Under the pieces are notes generated by a model. The model had not been told where the DNA came from. It searched no databases and worked only from the letters and a program-made list of their open reading frames with translations. A stretch of DNA of 64,000 nucleotides from Lophium mytilinum. Taxonomy: Eukaryota. The translations under genes were made by a program, and so were the position numbers. This document shows positions 1 through 11,885 of the stretch, one piece after another (within the stretch, counting starts at the first letter, position 1; every line of letters begins with the position of its first letter). Location of the stretch: NCBI GenBank assembly GCA_010093605.1, contig MU004198.1, forward strand, positions 1,428,726-1,492,725. The letters are read 5' to 3'.

Positions 1-9
1 CTCGGAAAG

Positions 10-1530
10 ATGGTGCAAAAAGCTCAGCACCCTACAGAGGGTGCCGGACACGTCACCCATGTTGCTCCAACAGCTCTCCATGTGGACACCAAAGGCAGCT
101 CCAACGGAAATCCTCCTGTGACACCCAGCTCAAAGCTCAGCCCCGCAAGCAAGGTTGGCGACGGAGGACTTCACAATGAAGCTGACAGACAGGTCTTCCA
201 GACAGAAGTTAACAAAAGAATGGACGTGCCAAATGGATACCTGAAGGTGGGGGTACTCATGCTCCGGTGGCAGAAGGGCCTTGATCAATTTCCAAAGCAC
301 GATCAGGAAGTATGTACACTGGAGAGACGCGAAGAACCTCAGAAGGCGAATCACTAACCGTGTTAGATCGATGATCTTAGAGAGGTATTCGAAGACCTGT
401 TCCACTACGAATGTACAATCGTGGAGCTCCATAACAATAAACAGCCAATGCTTCAGTTACGCAGCGCCATAGCTAAGCATGTGGAGAAATACGACGGTCC
501 TAATAGTCTTTTGATTATATACTATACCGGCCATGGTTTCTGGAAAGAAGATCTAGAAGATCTCGAGATATCTGCGTAAGTCTCCATTCTACACCATGCG
601 GAATCGTCCTGCTAACCGCGCAAAAGCACCAATGACTTTGATTTACCCAGGGGCGGTGGCAAATATCAGCCGACAGCACTTTGGTCTTGCGCCGATAAGC
701 AACTACTCGATGAGACTGATGGCGGCCCCGAAAGCGATGTCCTCTGCCTCATGGACTGCTGTTTCGCCAGCAACATTCAAAAGTGTTCCACATCGCACCG
801 GCGCGCAGTCCAGCTCATCTCAGCCTCTTCAAAGGACATGGCAACCCCCGGGCCCGGCGAGAACTCCTTCACCACAGCCCTCATCGTCGCCCTCCGCCAT
901 TTGCTCAAGAAAGACGGCAAGACCGGGTTCCCGACCCAAAAGTTACACCAAGAAATCCTCAGTAAGCGCCCTGAGCCCGTCGCCATGCTCTTTGATCGCT
1001 TCAACCGCCATGCGAAACGCATCAAGCTCGCGCCACTGGTCAAGCCAAACCGAGAAGAGCAGCACAAGATCGAGGTATTCTACCAAGAACCTGAAAAGTC
1101 ATCTCTGAACATACGCTTCTCTCTCAAACAGTCTCGGCTATCGGAATGTCAAATCAAGGCTTTTGCGCGAGAGCTACCGGTCGCTTGTGAGAAGGCCGAG
1201 ATACCTGTTCGCAAGATCGATTGGCTAGAGCCACACAAGGTGATCAGCATAGGTGGGGCCGTGCAGGTGTTTCGGTTTCCAATTGCTGCCCGCCGCCGCT
1301 TACAGAGCAAGAGAGAAGGACTGGCACCGGTCCAGGCTCAGACGACAGCACTTGCTCCGATGCCTTCGTCGTTGAAAAGGCGGCCGACGTCGGACTTATC
1401 CAATCCTCCTTTGGCTCCAAATGAGAGGAAACTGATAATGGCTGCTTCTCTGATAAACGAGGTGGTAAATGATTCTACACCTGGGACTCCGTTGTCGGGT
1501 TCTGAAGGGTTGGATGATATGATGGATTGA
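10..1530 (+). CDS. Caspase-fold (peptidase C14-like) protein, 3 exons; the true start may lie upstream of the window
   Basis: Introns 310-366 (GTATGT..CTAAC..TAG) and ~576-627 (GTAAGT..CTAAC..AAG) join ORF 10-357, an unlisted exon (IDDLREVFEDLFHY...LLIIYYTGHG) and ORF 751-1530 (DVLCLMDCCFAS...SFTTAL). The YxGHG and DCC motifs match the caspase/metacaspase His-Cys dyad. Confidence 0.75.
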
Positions 1531-2271
1531 GATTGGAGCTCCTTGTGACTTTCGAAGTTTGGTTCTAATCATAATTTTCGGTGAAGCTTACATTGGCTTT
1601 GAACGATACTCACGTTTCCCTCATGATCGCATTCTTTAACTTAGAAATGGGCAAGGTTTCCTAAGATTTGCTTGCTGAGACCAATGCATAATGGCTTCAC
1701 AGCTTTTTATCTGCCGGCCCTTCCATTATTGATCTATAGCAGGTGCTTTGCGCATGTATCTAGATACTCACACGAGTAAGGGGACTGAATGGACGCAGTA
1801 GGATCGGCTCGTCGTTGTTGAATGTCGTCCGCTGAAGATTCGGGCTCGGCACCAACTTGGGAAATCATGAGAAGAAGAAGAGTGAGCGCAAAAGATAGAG
1901 CGTTGAACGAACAAAGAAGCGACACGTTGATAGCAATGAATCGATAAGAGTAAATCATGAAGTGACGAAACTCGATAGATGTATTCCAGGGTACGAAAAG
2001 CGAATCTTTTCTTGGCCTTCAAAGACGCACCGTCGCGGCGTGTCCCACACATCTATGAAACCGTGGAAGGCTACCGAGCCATCTAGAGTACTTCTCTGGG
2101 TTACGAACTGGAGACTTATCAGTCGTTCGTATTTGCATCTCGTTTGATGTCGAAACGAGAGGCTGGCAAGGCTAGGAGAAGCTCAATTTCCCCGCTTCAA
2201 CGAAGCGAGAGAGCGATCTCGGCCATATTTCGTATCAACCTCACCCATCAACTCTACACAGACTCAAGAGT

Positions 2272-3075
2272 ATGACGGAGGCCAACAATCAGCGATTCAA
2301 CGCTGAAGCAGCAGCATGGGATTCTAACTCAGATCATGTCCGCACCTGCGAGGAAGCAGTCCAAAGTATTATGCGTCACGTGCCTGCATTCACTGAGGGC
2401 ACCGCAAAAGGTACGAGCGTACCTGCTGCTTATACATGTCATTCCCTAACAAATAGGCAAGATCTTGACGTCCTCGAAATCGGCTGCGGCACCGGCCTAG
2501 TATCGTTCAAGCTAGCACCCCATGTCCGCTCACTCGTTGGGGTTGATACTGCAGACGGGATGATCGATGCTTTCAACTCTAAAGTCGCTGCTCTTCCCAA
2601 GCCCGAAAACGCCAACCTAGCTGCAGTCAACGTTCTTGTGCAAGACGCAGACGACGTGCATGTCCAAGGAGCTGCAGCCGCTCTTGCAACCAGACGAGGA
2701 GAGTCTGGCCACGACGTGCAGTATAGGTTTGATCTAGTGGTGTCCCATTTGACTCTTCATCACCTACCATGGCTCTCAGTTGTTCTAGGGATACTGCTTC
2801 AGACTTTGAGACCGGGAGGTCGGATTGCGTTGACGGATTATGAAGATTTTGGCAGTGAAGCGATAAGATTTCATCCAGTGTCAAAGAGAGAGGGCGTGGA
2901 GAGGCATGGGATCAAGAGGGGTGATATAGAGGCGCTGATGAAGAGAGCTGGGTTTGAGAATGTTAAAATCGAGACAGCATACACATTTTCGAAGAAGGTG
3001 GAAGCCGAGGGCAAATCACCAGAAACGACGATGGATTTCCCGTTCTTGATCTGTTTGGGCCAAAAGCCTTTATAG
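2272..3075 (+). CDS. Class I SAM-dependent methyltransferase
   Basis: Motif I VLEIGCGTG, VGVD, FDLVVSHLTLHH, LRPGG. Probable in-frame 51-nt intron 2411-2461 (GTACGA..CTAAC..AAG). Confidence 0.9.
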   Translation: MTEANNQRFNAEAAAWDSNSDHVRTCEEAVQSIMRHVPAFTEGTAKGTSVPAAYTCHSLTNRQDLDVLEIGCGTGLVSFKLAPHVRSLVGVDTADGMIDAFNSKVAALPKPENANLAAVNVLVQDADDVHVQGAAAALATRRGESGHDVQYRFDLVVSHLTLHHLPWLSVVLGILLQTLRPGGRIALTDYEDFGSEAIRFHPVSKREGVERHGIKRGDIEALMKRAGFENVKIETAYTFSKKVEAEGKSPETTMDFPFLICLGQKPL

Positions 3076-3234
3076 ACATTCTGTCATGGAGAGTCTCTGG
3101 GCTACAATGTTGTCCAGCGTGTTTTCAAGTACGGGCATTGGAATGCTAGTCCATACTATCTGATATGAGAGTTGGTTCGGTAGTCGAACGACGTTCAATA
3201 CGTGATCATGCAAAAGAAGGCGCCGTGATGCGTA

Positions 3235-4272
3235 TCATGATATCTTCATCATATCGCTAACAGCTTTTGCTGCAAACTTCTTCCGCTCAGCTTCTGGCAT
3301 GCCCTCACTCTTCTCTGTTCAATAGTGTTAGTGATGTGGAAGCTATGTTTTCAGGTATCAAAAATGTCGTACCTTTTATAGCTTGCATTCTTTGCATCAT
3401 ATGCTCCAGGTCATCAACCTGATCAGCTTTATCTACTCCGTCCTCATCCCCATTTACAGCTGACTTCATGCCAAAGAGCTCCATATTCATCTCTGCCTCT
3501 TCCGCGGCAAATGTGCTCTCGAACCCCTCGTCGTCGTCGAGATCCTCCCCATAGCCAGCCCAGTCGTTCGTCTCCAGTGCTTCCTTCAGTCGTTGTACAC
3601 CGACAGGTTCTAACAATGTCAGCTTCGAGCACAAAGCTAATGTATTAGAATATAACCAACCTCCGAACTCATTCTTCCCCTTCGCCTCGAAATCCACGAA
3701 CTCGAACCCAAAATCCGAACAGAGTTCTTCCCACTCTTCGAAGCTCCTCTCCAGATGCGGCGTTGTGCTCTGTGGCATGGCGACGGCTAGCAGGACAGAG
3801 TCGGAGCTATATCCACAAGCCTTCTCTACCACATCGGCAATAGCTTTAAGTGTCTCCTTCACCGCGTCCTACCCTAGTCAGTACACTGCTGTCATAGTTG
3901 GAGTCGAGCACACCCACCAGATGCTCTTCCTTCACTGGTTTTCTGAAACAGTATACCCAGGCGCCCAACACGCTCACGACCTCCCTCGCCTCCGGCTTGA
4001 CAAACTCCTCCCGCCATTCGCCAACATGTGGTATTTCGTCGATCCAGATAGGGAGAGTAGCGGTATAATAGCGTGTCTCGAGCTTCCACTCGTGTGAAAG
4101 ACCGGCAGTGGAATCTGTTATGAGGTCGGGGGCCGATCCAGTGAGATCTGTGGGGTGTGTTAGAGGAGCTTCAGAAGGTATGTGAGCTAGGTTATGGACC
4201 TTTGAGGAGATGTAGGACGCCGGAATCGGGCGCTCCGACAGCTAGAATACGGCGAGGATGATCGATTTCCAT
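3235..4272 (-). CDS. IRC6: Alpha/gamma-adaptin-binding protein p34 (Irc6/AAGAB family), multi-exon
   Basis: Starts MEIDHPRRILAVGAP; contains WEELCSDFGFEFVD, KNEFG/EPVGVQRLKEALETNDW; the spliced C-terminus is MPEAERKKFAAKAVSDMMKIS*. Several short GT-AG introns. Confidence 0.8.
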
Positions 4273-4681
4273 CTTGGGATCAGGTAGACGGTTTTCACAT
4301 TGCTGTGGGGAAGTAGTGGGATGTTGTTGGGGTCGAAGGTGTCATCTGCGGAGAGCTCGGTGGTCTTGGCAGGAGTGAAGAAGCCCCACCATGAATGATA
4401 TCAGGATGTCGTAGCTAGTAATTGGCTGGATATCATTCAATTGGTTTATTTGCAGTATACCTTGGATTTTAGAGGTCAAGCAGAGGCCAGTAAGTAGACC
4501 AAAGCACCTGGAACCTCCCTGGCAGTGCGCCGAACGCCCTGGCTATGCCACCGTCTCCCACTGTTCGTGTGTAGACCAAACGATGTGTTGGTGAAGCGGC
4601 TTTCGTCCATAGTACAAAGTACCCCTCTGCTTCAGCCTGGACCTCGCGCATGGTGTCTCGAGTCGCAATATTGACTTCCTC

Positions 4682-5242
4682 TCAAGGACGTCCACCCCTT
4701 TGACCGCGCGCCCTGTTCACCGTCGCCCTTCCACGCGCCAAACCCACACCTCTACCCCTCGTGCCTCTCGACCTAAACATGGGCGCATTCCTAATTTATC
4801 CATTAGCTTCGTCCAGTGAAATCCCCGGCGCCTTGCAGTAAAATCCCTGTGTGACCAGACGTACCGCAACATGTCCGGAACGATGAAGAAGCGCACGTGT
4901 GATCCGCGGATGTACACTTGGTCGAGATGGGATACACGGCCGTCGCGCGCGGTTACGGTGATGTCTCTGAGCTGGACGTTCATGTTGTCTTCGGCTACAC
5001 CAGGAATATATATTAGCTTCAGGTGCATACTACGAAAAATAGCGGGAGAGGCCCAAACTCGCCTTCTATAAGCTTGCCGCGGTAGACTTGGCCAGACGTG
5101 ATCTCGAGAGTAACAACATGACCCTAAAACACAGTGATGTCAGCCAGTTGCGCTTGCGCTGGGCGGGGGGAGGGATTTCGCGGGGTCTACACACGGTTGC
5201 TTCGTTGAGCAGCTTGATAGGAATGCCAATAGTGCTAGTCAT
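4682..5242 (-). CDS. SMD3: Small nuclear ribonucleoprotein Sm D3
   Basis: Exons give [98 protein letters not shown]..., with an RG-rich tail and three introns. Confidence 0.97.
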
Positions 5243-5477
5243 TTTGGCGGTGTCTCAGTCGCGCGGTATGGTAGCGAGGGTATCGTAAAAGCTTGAAGGT
5301 CGCGGTGGGAAGGCCGATATTGAATGTGGAGGGAATTGACAAGGTGTTGAAAGTGAGGCCGAAGCTCAATTCGCTAGCGCCGTAATTCCGCTGCCGCCAA
5401 GACCTCCGACCATCTCGACTCCACCCTCCCCTGCCTCCAGATTTTCCTATCTACCATCAAATCAAACATCACTCCCC
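5243..5477. promoter_or_regulatory. Compact bidirectional promoter region between SMD3 and GEP4
   Basis: The two start codons are head-to-head and only 235 bp apart. Promoter function is inferred from this geometry. Confidence 0.55.
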
Positions 5478-6390
5478 ATGAACATCTCGGGGACGCTCAA
5501 CGTCTTTAGGTTAATCAGAGATCCGGCACTGTGCTTACCGCATCACACTGTCTCCACGTTCAATCATTTGCCAGTGCCGTTATCCAGAGCTTTTGCAGGC
5601 AAAAATGGAGAATCCAAGGTGGACATCAGGGCGGTAGTCCTAGACAAGGATAACTGTTTTGCGGTACCACATACAGACGAAGTCTATAAGCCGTACAATG
5701 TATGAAACTTGTTCCATTTGATTATTATTTCCAGCTCCGTCTCTATCAACATTGCGGAGTCGTCTTCATTTAAAAGTGCAACGAGCTCCATCACCCATCT
5801 CCTACACTTGCTTGAAAGAAAGCATCGTGTGTTTAGCAGAGAACCTCAAAGCTAACTAAGTCCATAGGACAAATTTCAAGAACTCCGGAAAGCCTATCCG
5901 GGCTCCCGACTCTTGATCGTCTCCAACACAGCTGGAACAGGGTCCGACCTAGGTTATGCGCAAGCAGACATCCTGGAACGCAATACAGGAGTCAAAGTAC
6001 TCCGGCATAATACCAAAGTATGCCGAGTTACAGCTCAGAAACACGCAGACTATCACGGCTAACGCTCTCAACATAGAAACCTGGATGCCGTCAAGAGGTG
6101 CTCAACTACTTCCGCAACGCTCCCGACTCTGGCGTAACTTCTGTCTCTCAAATCGCCGTAGTCGGAGACAGGCTTTTCACCGACGTCATGATGGCGAACT
6201 TGATGGGCGGGCATGGGTTCTGGGTTAAGGATGGCGTTGTCGAGGACAAGAACTTGGTATGGTTGTCGACGAAAGATTAAGCACACTAAGCTAACTATCT
6301 ATAAAGTTTGCACGCGTGGAACATAAGCTTGCTGCGTTCCTGATGAAGAGGGGTTACAGTGCACCAAATCCACAAAGCGGGTTTGAGTAG
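5478..6390 (+). CDS. GEP4: Mitochondrial phosphatidylglycerophosphatase (HAD family)
   Basis: HAD motif I AVVLDKDNC, LLIVSNTAG, KKPG across a splice, VVGDRLFTDVMMAN. Introns ~5700-5867, ~6018-6076 and ~6257-6306; ends ...SGFE* at 6390. Confidence 0.92.
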
Positions 6391-7044
6391 CTGCACTCTA
6401 CCTAGGTAGAGCTGTTCATTCGCAGTTCGCAGTTTGTGATGCTCCCTGTACAATACTGTAGAATGATGTATCTGCTAGTGCCCTCAACCATGCCTCGTAG
6501 AGACTAAAAGGAGACGTGCTACTCCTGGATTTTCACAGCTCTTCGTCTGTGAAGTAGAAACTGGCTGCGAAGGGTCCTACGCGGTATTTGCGCGGTTTCT
6601 TACACAATTCGTTGCACGGGGTCAGATTCCCAAAGATTTGCAGCCAAGCGGGCTAAAGAACTACCTCGGCGAGAGGTAAACTCCCATCCATTGAGCCAAT
6701 TATACAAAGCGAGATTAAGAGGAAATAGTTCTCGCAGGGGCTTTGTGTTGGAGCACGGCCCCGTACTGGCTCATCGGCTGGCTTTTCCCCTTTGCGCCAG
6801 CTTCACCTCCACCACTCTCCATCCGGCAAAAATTTGCGTATCGACTTTTACATAACCACATAACCACATAACGTCCAGACCCCAACGCTTACCTAGGTAC
6901 GGGCCGGCAGCAGGCATGAATATGTTCCGACGCGAAAGATTGCCCGAGTGGAGCCTCTCGCTTGAATTAAACTCTATTATATATCTTGAAAAAACTACAC
7001 GGCCGACGTATGTCTGTTTCAGTCTCCTTTCTCATTAATCAATC

Positions 7045-8763
7045 ATGAACTATGAGGACCCAAACCTAGAGGCAAAAGAGATAGGGCGCACTTCGAAGGA
7101 CATTGAAAGATGTATTGACGAAAGGAGCCGTCCAGCGATATTAGCACCTTCCGACAGCCGTAATACTCCAACAAATCAGTCTCACAAACCTACATGGGAA
7201 GTCGTTAAGCAATGGAACTCTAAATTTGAGGCGTTCACTGGATTGGAATCTCGAGGCATCGCGCGAGTTGAGCTATCCGAACGGCAGCCGGTGGCCACGA
7301 CCTCGTACTTCATCCTCGACGTCATTCTACTCTGGATTAGTTGCGACTTGACGGCGAATACCGTCGTCCTTTCCATGCTAGGGCCATTGGTCTTTGAGCT
7401 GAGTCTGAAGGATGCTGCATTATGTGCCGTCTTTGGCGCCCTGATTGGCAGCCTTGGGCCGGCGTATATTTGCACATGGGGACCGCGAAGCGGTAACAGA
7501 ACTATGGTATGCTCATTCTCCACTTCTCTCATTCCCGTGTAGACTCTGTACTAGAATCTCAACTATGAGACTAACTACCGGCGCCAGATAATTGCTAGAT
7601 ACTTCATGGGCTACTACCCAAGCAAGTTGTGTTGTGTACTCAGTCTTGTCATCATGCTGGGATACGGCACTATCAACTGCATAATCACTGGGCAACTTCT
7701 CTCTGCAGTTCAAGGTGGTAGTATGTCTCTCGTGGTTGGGATCTTGGTTGTTTCTATCATTGCTCTCATCGTCGCAGTGACTGGCATGAAAGCGTTCCAC
7801 GCTTACGAGCGGTATGCTTGGTTCCCACAAGTTCTAGTTCTCTTCGTCCTCATTGGAAGTGCTGGATCCAAATTCGACACTACTACTCCTTCCAAAGGCG
7901 ACTCTTCCACCGTCATCGGCCATAGGATTTCCTTCTTGTCACTATGTGTGTCTTCGCCGCTCGCGTGGGCAACTATTGCAGCCGACTTCTTTGTGTACTA
8001 TCCGCCAAATACTTCGAAGAGGGCCCTGTTTATCTCCACCTACATCGGAAACATCGTCGCCTTTTCCTTCGCGTACCTAGTTGGCATTGGGCTCGCAAGC
8101 GGCGTTGCGAACACTCGAGACTGGGCGGCTGCCTACGACAAATCACAAGGAGCACTTATTCTCACTGGATTCAACGGACTCCGCGCGTTTGGCTCTATAT
8201 GCGGCGTTCTCATTGCGCTGGGCGTAATATCAGACCAAATCGCGGCAACATACTCCTCGGCACTCGTCCTTCAGATGCTCGACCGCCGCATTGGCCGAGT
8301 CCCTCGCTGGCTCCTTACCCTACTCATCGTTGCCATCTACACGGCTTGTGCCATTGGTGGACGCAACTCGCTTTTCGACATATTTCAGAACTTTCTTGCA
8401 CTGATGGGGTACTGGGTCTCGATATTTGTCTGCATTGCATTGGAAGAGCAGGTCTTGTTTCGCACCGCACGCATCAAACGACTACGGTCTCGTAATCCGG
8501 AACTAGAGCATGAAGATGATGGGTTTGATTGGGACGTCTGGCATGACTGGAAAAGCGTACCAGCTGGGCTTGCTGCCCTCGTCTCATTCTTGATTGGTTG
8601 GGTGGGCGCAATAGTGAGCATGGACCAAGCATGGTATGTCGGACCTGTTGCAAAGTTAGTAGGCAAAGATGGTGCGGATCTGGGACTGTGGGTTGCTACC
8701 GGTTTCACTTTGCTATCTTATCCGCCATTGAGATATCTAGAGCTGAAAAGATTAGGGCGATAG
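7045..8763 (+). CDS. NCS1-family purine-cytosine (Fcy2-like) permease
   Basis: GLESRGIARV, WGPRSGNRTM|IIARYFMGYYPSK, AADFFVYYP, FQNFLALMGYW and many hydrophobic segments. Intron 7507-7587. Confidence 0.92.
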
Positions 8764-9191
8764 TAAAAAGCCGTTGATCTTGAATATCCTAGAGAAGGGC
8801 CTTTCAAGGAAACACGCTATTCTCCTCATAGTTTCTACTAATGATATGCTTATATGGCCTAGTCCAATACGCGTGTATGGGCCCCAAGTTTCTTACCACC
8901 GCTACTAACCCCTGTCACCATTTCACTGGCCATGCACGCATCACCCAGATGTAAGCATAGATCTATATACAAACTCCAACTGCTTAGTCAAGCGACAAAC
9001 TAAGCTTCCCCAGCTTACCGTCCCCACAGCTTCGGCGCTGGTCCATCGGCATATCCGATGGCGCTTCTAAGATCAAGCTTTTGTGTATCCATTATTCTTT
9101 ATAAACTGTCGTGCTCGCGGCCGCCATCCCGCTCAGACAGTATAACTTTTCCCTATAGAGCAGACCATTCCCACGTCTCAATATCATAGCT

Positions 9192-10077
9192 ATGTCAGGT
9201 AGCGAGTCCAAAGCACATGGCAAAGGGCTTCAGGTCATCGGGGTTAGTGCCTCCATCTACTAAACATTCCCCACATACGACTGAGACCAATTCCTAGGCC
9301 GGTCTCCCTCGAACCTCAACAAGCTCCCTCCAAACCGGTCTCCAAATCCTAGGCTACGACCCATGCTACCACACCATCACGCATCTCCTCCCCAATGCAT
9401 CCACCCAAGGCCCCATGTGGCTGAAAGCAATGAACACGCGAGACAAAGCCGTGCGCCAAAAGATCCTGGCCGAGATCGTGTCCGGCTACTCCGCTATCGT
9501 TGACGGACCAGGCTGCTTCTTCGTCGAAGACTGGGTGGAGATGTATCCGGATGCGAAGGTAGAAGACATTGCTAGTGACGTGAGGCTGTAAAAGAGGTTA
9601 CTCTTTACTGATGATGGGTAGTTCATCTTGGGCATGCGAAAATCTCCACAAGCTTGGCTCGACTCTGTAATGGGCTCCATGGGCAAGGTCTTCGGCAAAG
9701 GACCGATGTATTACCTTGTCTACTTCGTCCCGGAGATGCACTTTGGGTTCAAGATGAATAACCTCTGGGACGTGCAAACGTTCGAGAAGCACGGTGTACA
9801 TGTCCGGACTACTGATTTCTATCTCAAGCATAATGATGAAATCAGGGAAATCGTACCGAAAGAGCGCCTGTTGGAGTTCCAAGCGGCGGACGGGTGGGCG
9901 CCCTTGTGCAATTTTCTAGGAAAAGAAAAACCGGCTGGGGAATTCCCGCATCGGAATGATAGTAAGGCCGCGAACCAGCTCATGAAGAGTTTTGCAATCA
10001 ACGGATTGGGCGTATGGGCCGCCATTGGGTTGGGCATATATGGAGCTTACTGGGGTTTGACAGCTTTATTGATTTAG
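9192..10077 (+). CDS. Sulfotransferase-like P-loop protein (Sulfotransfer_4 type)
   Basis: Spliced N-terminus LQVIG|AGLPRTSTSSLQTGLQILGYDPCYH, then MYPDAK, VPKERLLEF..DGWAPLCNFLG..FPHRND and a hydrophobic C-terminus. Introns ~9243-9297 and ~9559-9621. Confidence 0.85.
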
Positions 10078-10130
10078 GAAGACGTAGATACCCACTCAAA
10101 CATCCGACAATACTCTCGAAGATGATACAA

Positions 10131-11630
10131 TCACCATATTACATCGTCCATCTTGAACCTCCACCAAGTCTTTTCGTTGTCTGCTTGCTTCCAAGCCTCC
10201 ATCCCCCCTTGAACTCCATTCGCATCCACTTCCCACACTCCCTCTTCGACCATCATGCGCCAGCTTTGAAAGACCTGGTGTAGCATGACAGCGTGATTCT
10301 CGATGAACGAGTTCGAGCCCAACTGATAAAGATCCGTATAATTTTGCGAAAGTTCCGAAGTAGACCCAACAGGGGACCAGTTGGCCTTCTTCGCAAAGCC
10401 GTTTGCGCCTAGCGGGAACGGAAGAATGAGCTTGACGCCATTCGTAAAAGGCTCGTAATGCTCGGACTGGGAGACAATGTAGAGACCACTGGTAAGTCCG
10501 TCTAGCGTTGTTTGGGGGTCGCCAAAAAGGAATGTTCCCGATAACGACGAGTTCGGAGGGGACATGACTGTGAGATTGGAGGGGAAGAGAAGTGTTGGGG
10601 GTAGAAGACTAGTGAAGGTCGAGTCGGAGTACATGTCGAACACTCGCATGGAGGCGAAAAGACGTGAGAGAGCTGAACGTGTTGGTATGGTAAGGCCGGG
10701 CGCTACGAAGGAAAATGGCGGTTTCGGCGCACGAGAGAGGAAAGCGTGGAGGAAGCTTGGTGGAATATTGAGTGCGTACAGAGTGCCTGAGTCCACAAGG
10801 GGAGACCTTTTGTCTGAGCCCAGAAACTCCTTCATATCAGCCGACCTCTCATCGAGTGGTATCCGATTGATGATAGCGTCGACGAGGTTGGTGAACTCGT
10901 CCACGGCAAATCTGACATCTGTTTCGCAGTAGTACTGCCATGCCCATGGTGTGGAGTACGGCTGGTCTTCTTGCTTTCCTTCAGGTAATGCGGCAATCTT
11001 TCCAGCATTGATCATACTAAGGTACATCATCAATGCTGTCTCTAGTGGATACATCAAAGCTTCGCTTCTCTCGTGATCAAAGATAGTTGGCGAATAGACC
11101 GTTAGATTTAATTCGTGATTGAAGACTAGGCCCATTCCATGACTCTCTTGATTCGCACTACTATAAAGCACGATCTCAGTAGTTTCATCGCCTAGCCCTT
11201 GAAGACCATTCCAGAGCTCCGAGGGATGAGAGAGGCCACGTAGTTGGAAGGTAAACGATAAGCCGTCCTCGGGCAGCTCAGCCAGCTTGAGGAACTCGAC
11301 CACGGAAAGCGGCAATGGTAGCTTTTTCGCATCTTCTCCGTAGCGCTCCCACCATGTCAGAGAGCTGCGCAGAGACGGATCTTTGTCGGGATTGTATCCT
11401 CGCCATCCCATTTCAACGATCTTGTTGTGTAATCGAGCACAACGCTCATAGTCTAGATGCGGACGGGCAACATTGGGCTCGAAATCTGATTTCTGGAACT
11501 CGTAATCCTGAATGCTGGGAAGCTGGAATCGGGTTTGCACATGACCTGATACGCTTTCTTGCAATACAGCGCTCAATTTGATGGCAAAGAAGATGAAGAG
11601 CGCAAGGAAGACGTTGCGTATTTCTCCCAT
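10131..11630 (-). CDS. Uncharacterised 499-aa protein with hydrophobic N-terminus
   Basis: Single long ATG-initiated ORF with globular composition and a signal-peptide-like N-terminus. Function not recognised. Confidence 0.8.
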   Translation of the reverse strand: MGEIRNVFLALFIFFAIKLSAVLQESVSGHVQTRFQLPSIQDYEFQKSDFEPNVARPHLDYERCARLHNKIVEMGWRGYNPDKDPSLRSSLTWWERYGEDAKKLPLPLSVVEFLKLAELPEDGLSFTFQLRGLSHPSELWNGLQGLGDETTEIVLYSSANQESHGMGLVFNHELNLTVYSPTIFDHERSEALMYPLETALMMYLSMINAGKIAALPEGKQEDQPYSTPWAWQYYCETDVRFAVDEFTNLVDAIINRIPLDERSADMKEFLGSDKRSPLVDSGTLYALNIPPSFLHAFLSRAPKPPFSFVAPGLTIPTRSALSRLFASMRVFDMYSDSTFTSLLPPTLLFPSNLTVMSPPNSSLSGTFLFGDPQTTLDGLTSGLYIVSQSEHYEPFTNGVKLILPFPLGANGFAKKANWSPVGSTSELSQNYTDLYQLGSNSFIENHAVMLHQVFQSWRMMVEEGVWEVDANGVQGGMEAWKQADNEKTWWRFKMDDVIW

Positions 11631-11885
11631 CTTAGCTCACGTCTTCAGTCGATGAAGGATGGAGAACATAGCACCAAACTCACGTCAATGAGAAGAGCAG
11701 TATATGGAAGATTTTGTCCTTGATTGTTGTGAGATGAGAAGATGATGGTCTACAGCGCGGCGGTATAAGCATTCACGCCCCGAAGTCCCTCCGGCGTTTC
11801 AACCACAACTTCACTGCGAAGTTCCTCACCCATCAACTCTCGAGGACCTCCAATGACAAGTACACCCTTCCTCCTCCGCGCCATA

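Noticed and set aside
1734..2147. Short ORFs between the caspase-like and methyltransferase genes
   Set aside because: Short, overlapping on both strands, with no motif or convincing exon structure.
5700..5867. Possible intronic snoRNA in the long GEP4 intron (two weak hairpins)
   Set aside because: No correctly placed H/ACA or C/D boxes.
6400..7044. TPP riboswitch upstream of the NCS1 permease
   Set aside because: The conserved aptamer core motifs were not found in the required order; only a short CATAACCA tandem at ~6851-6872.
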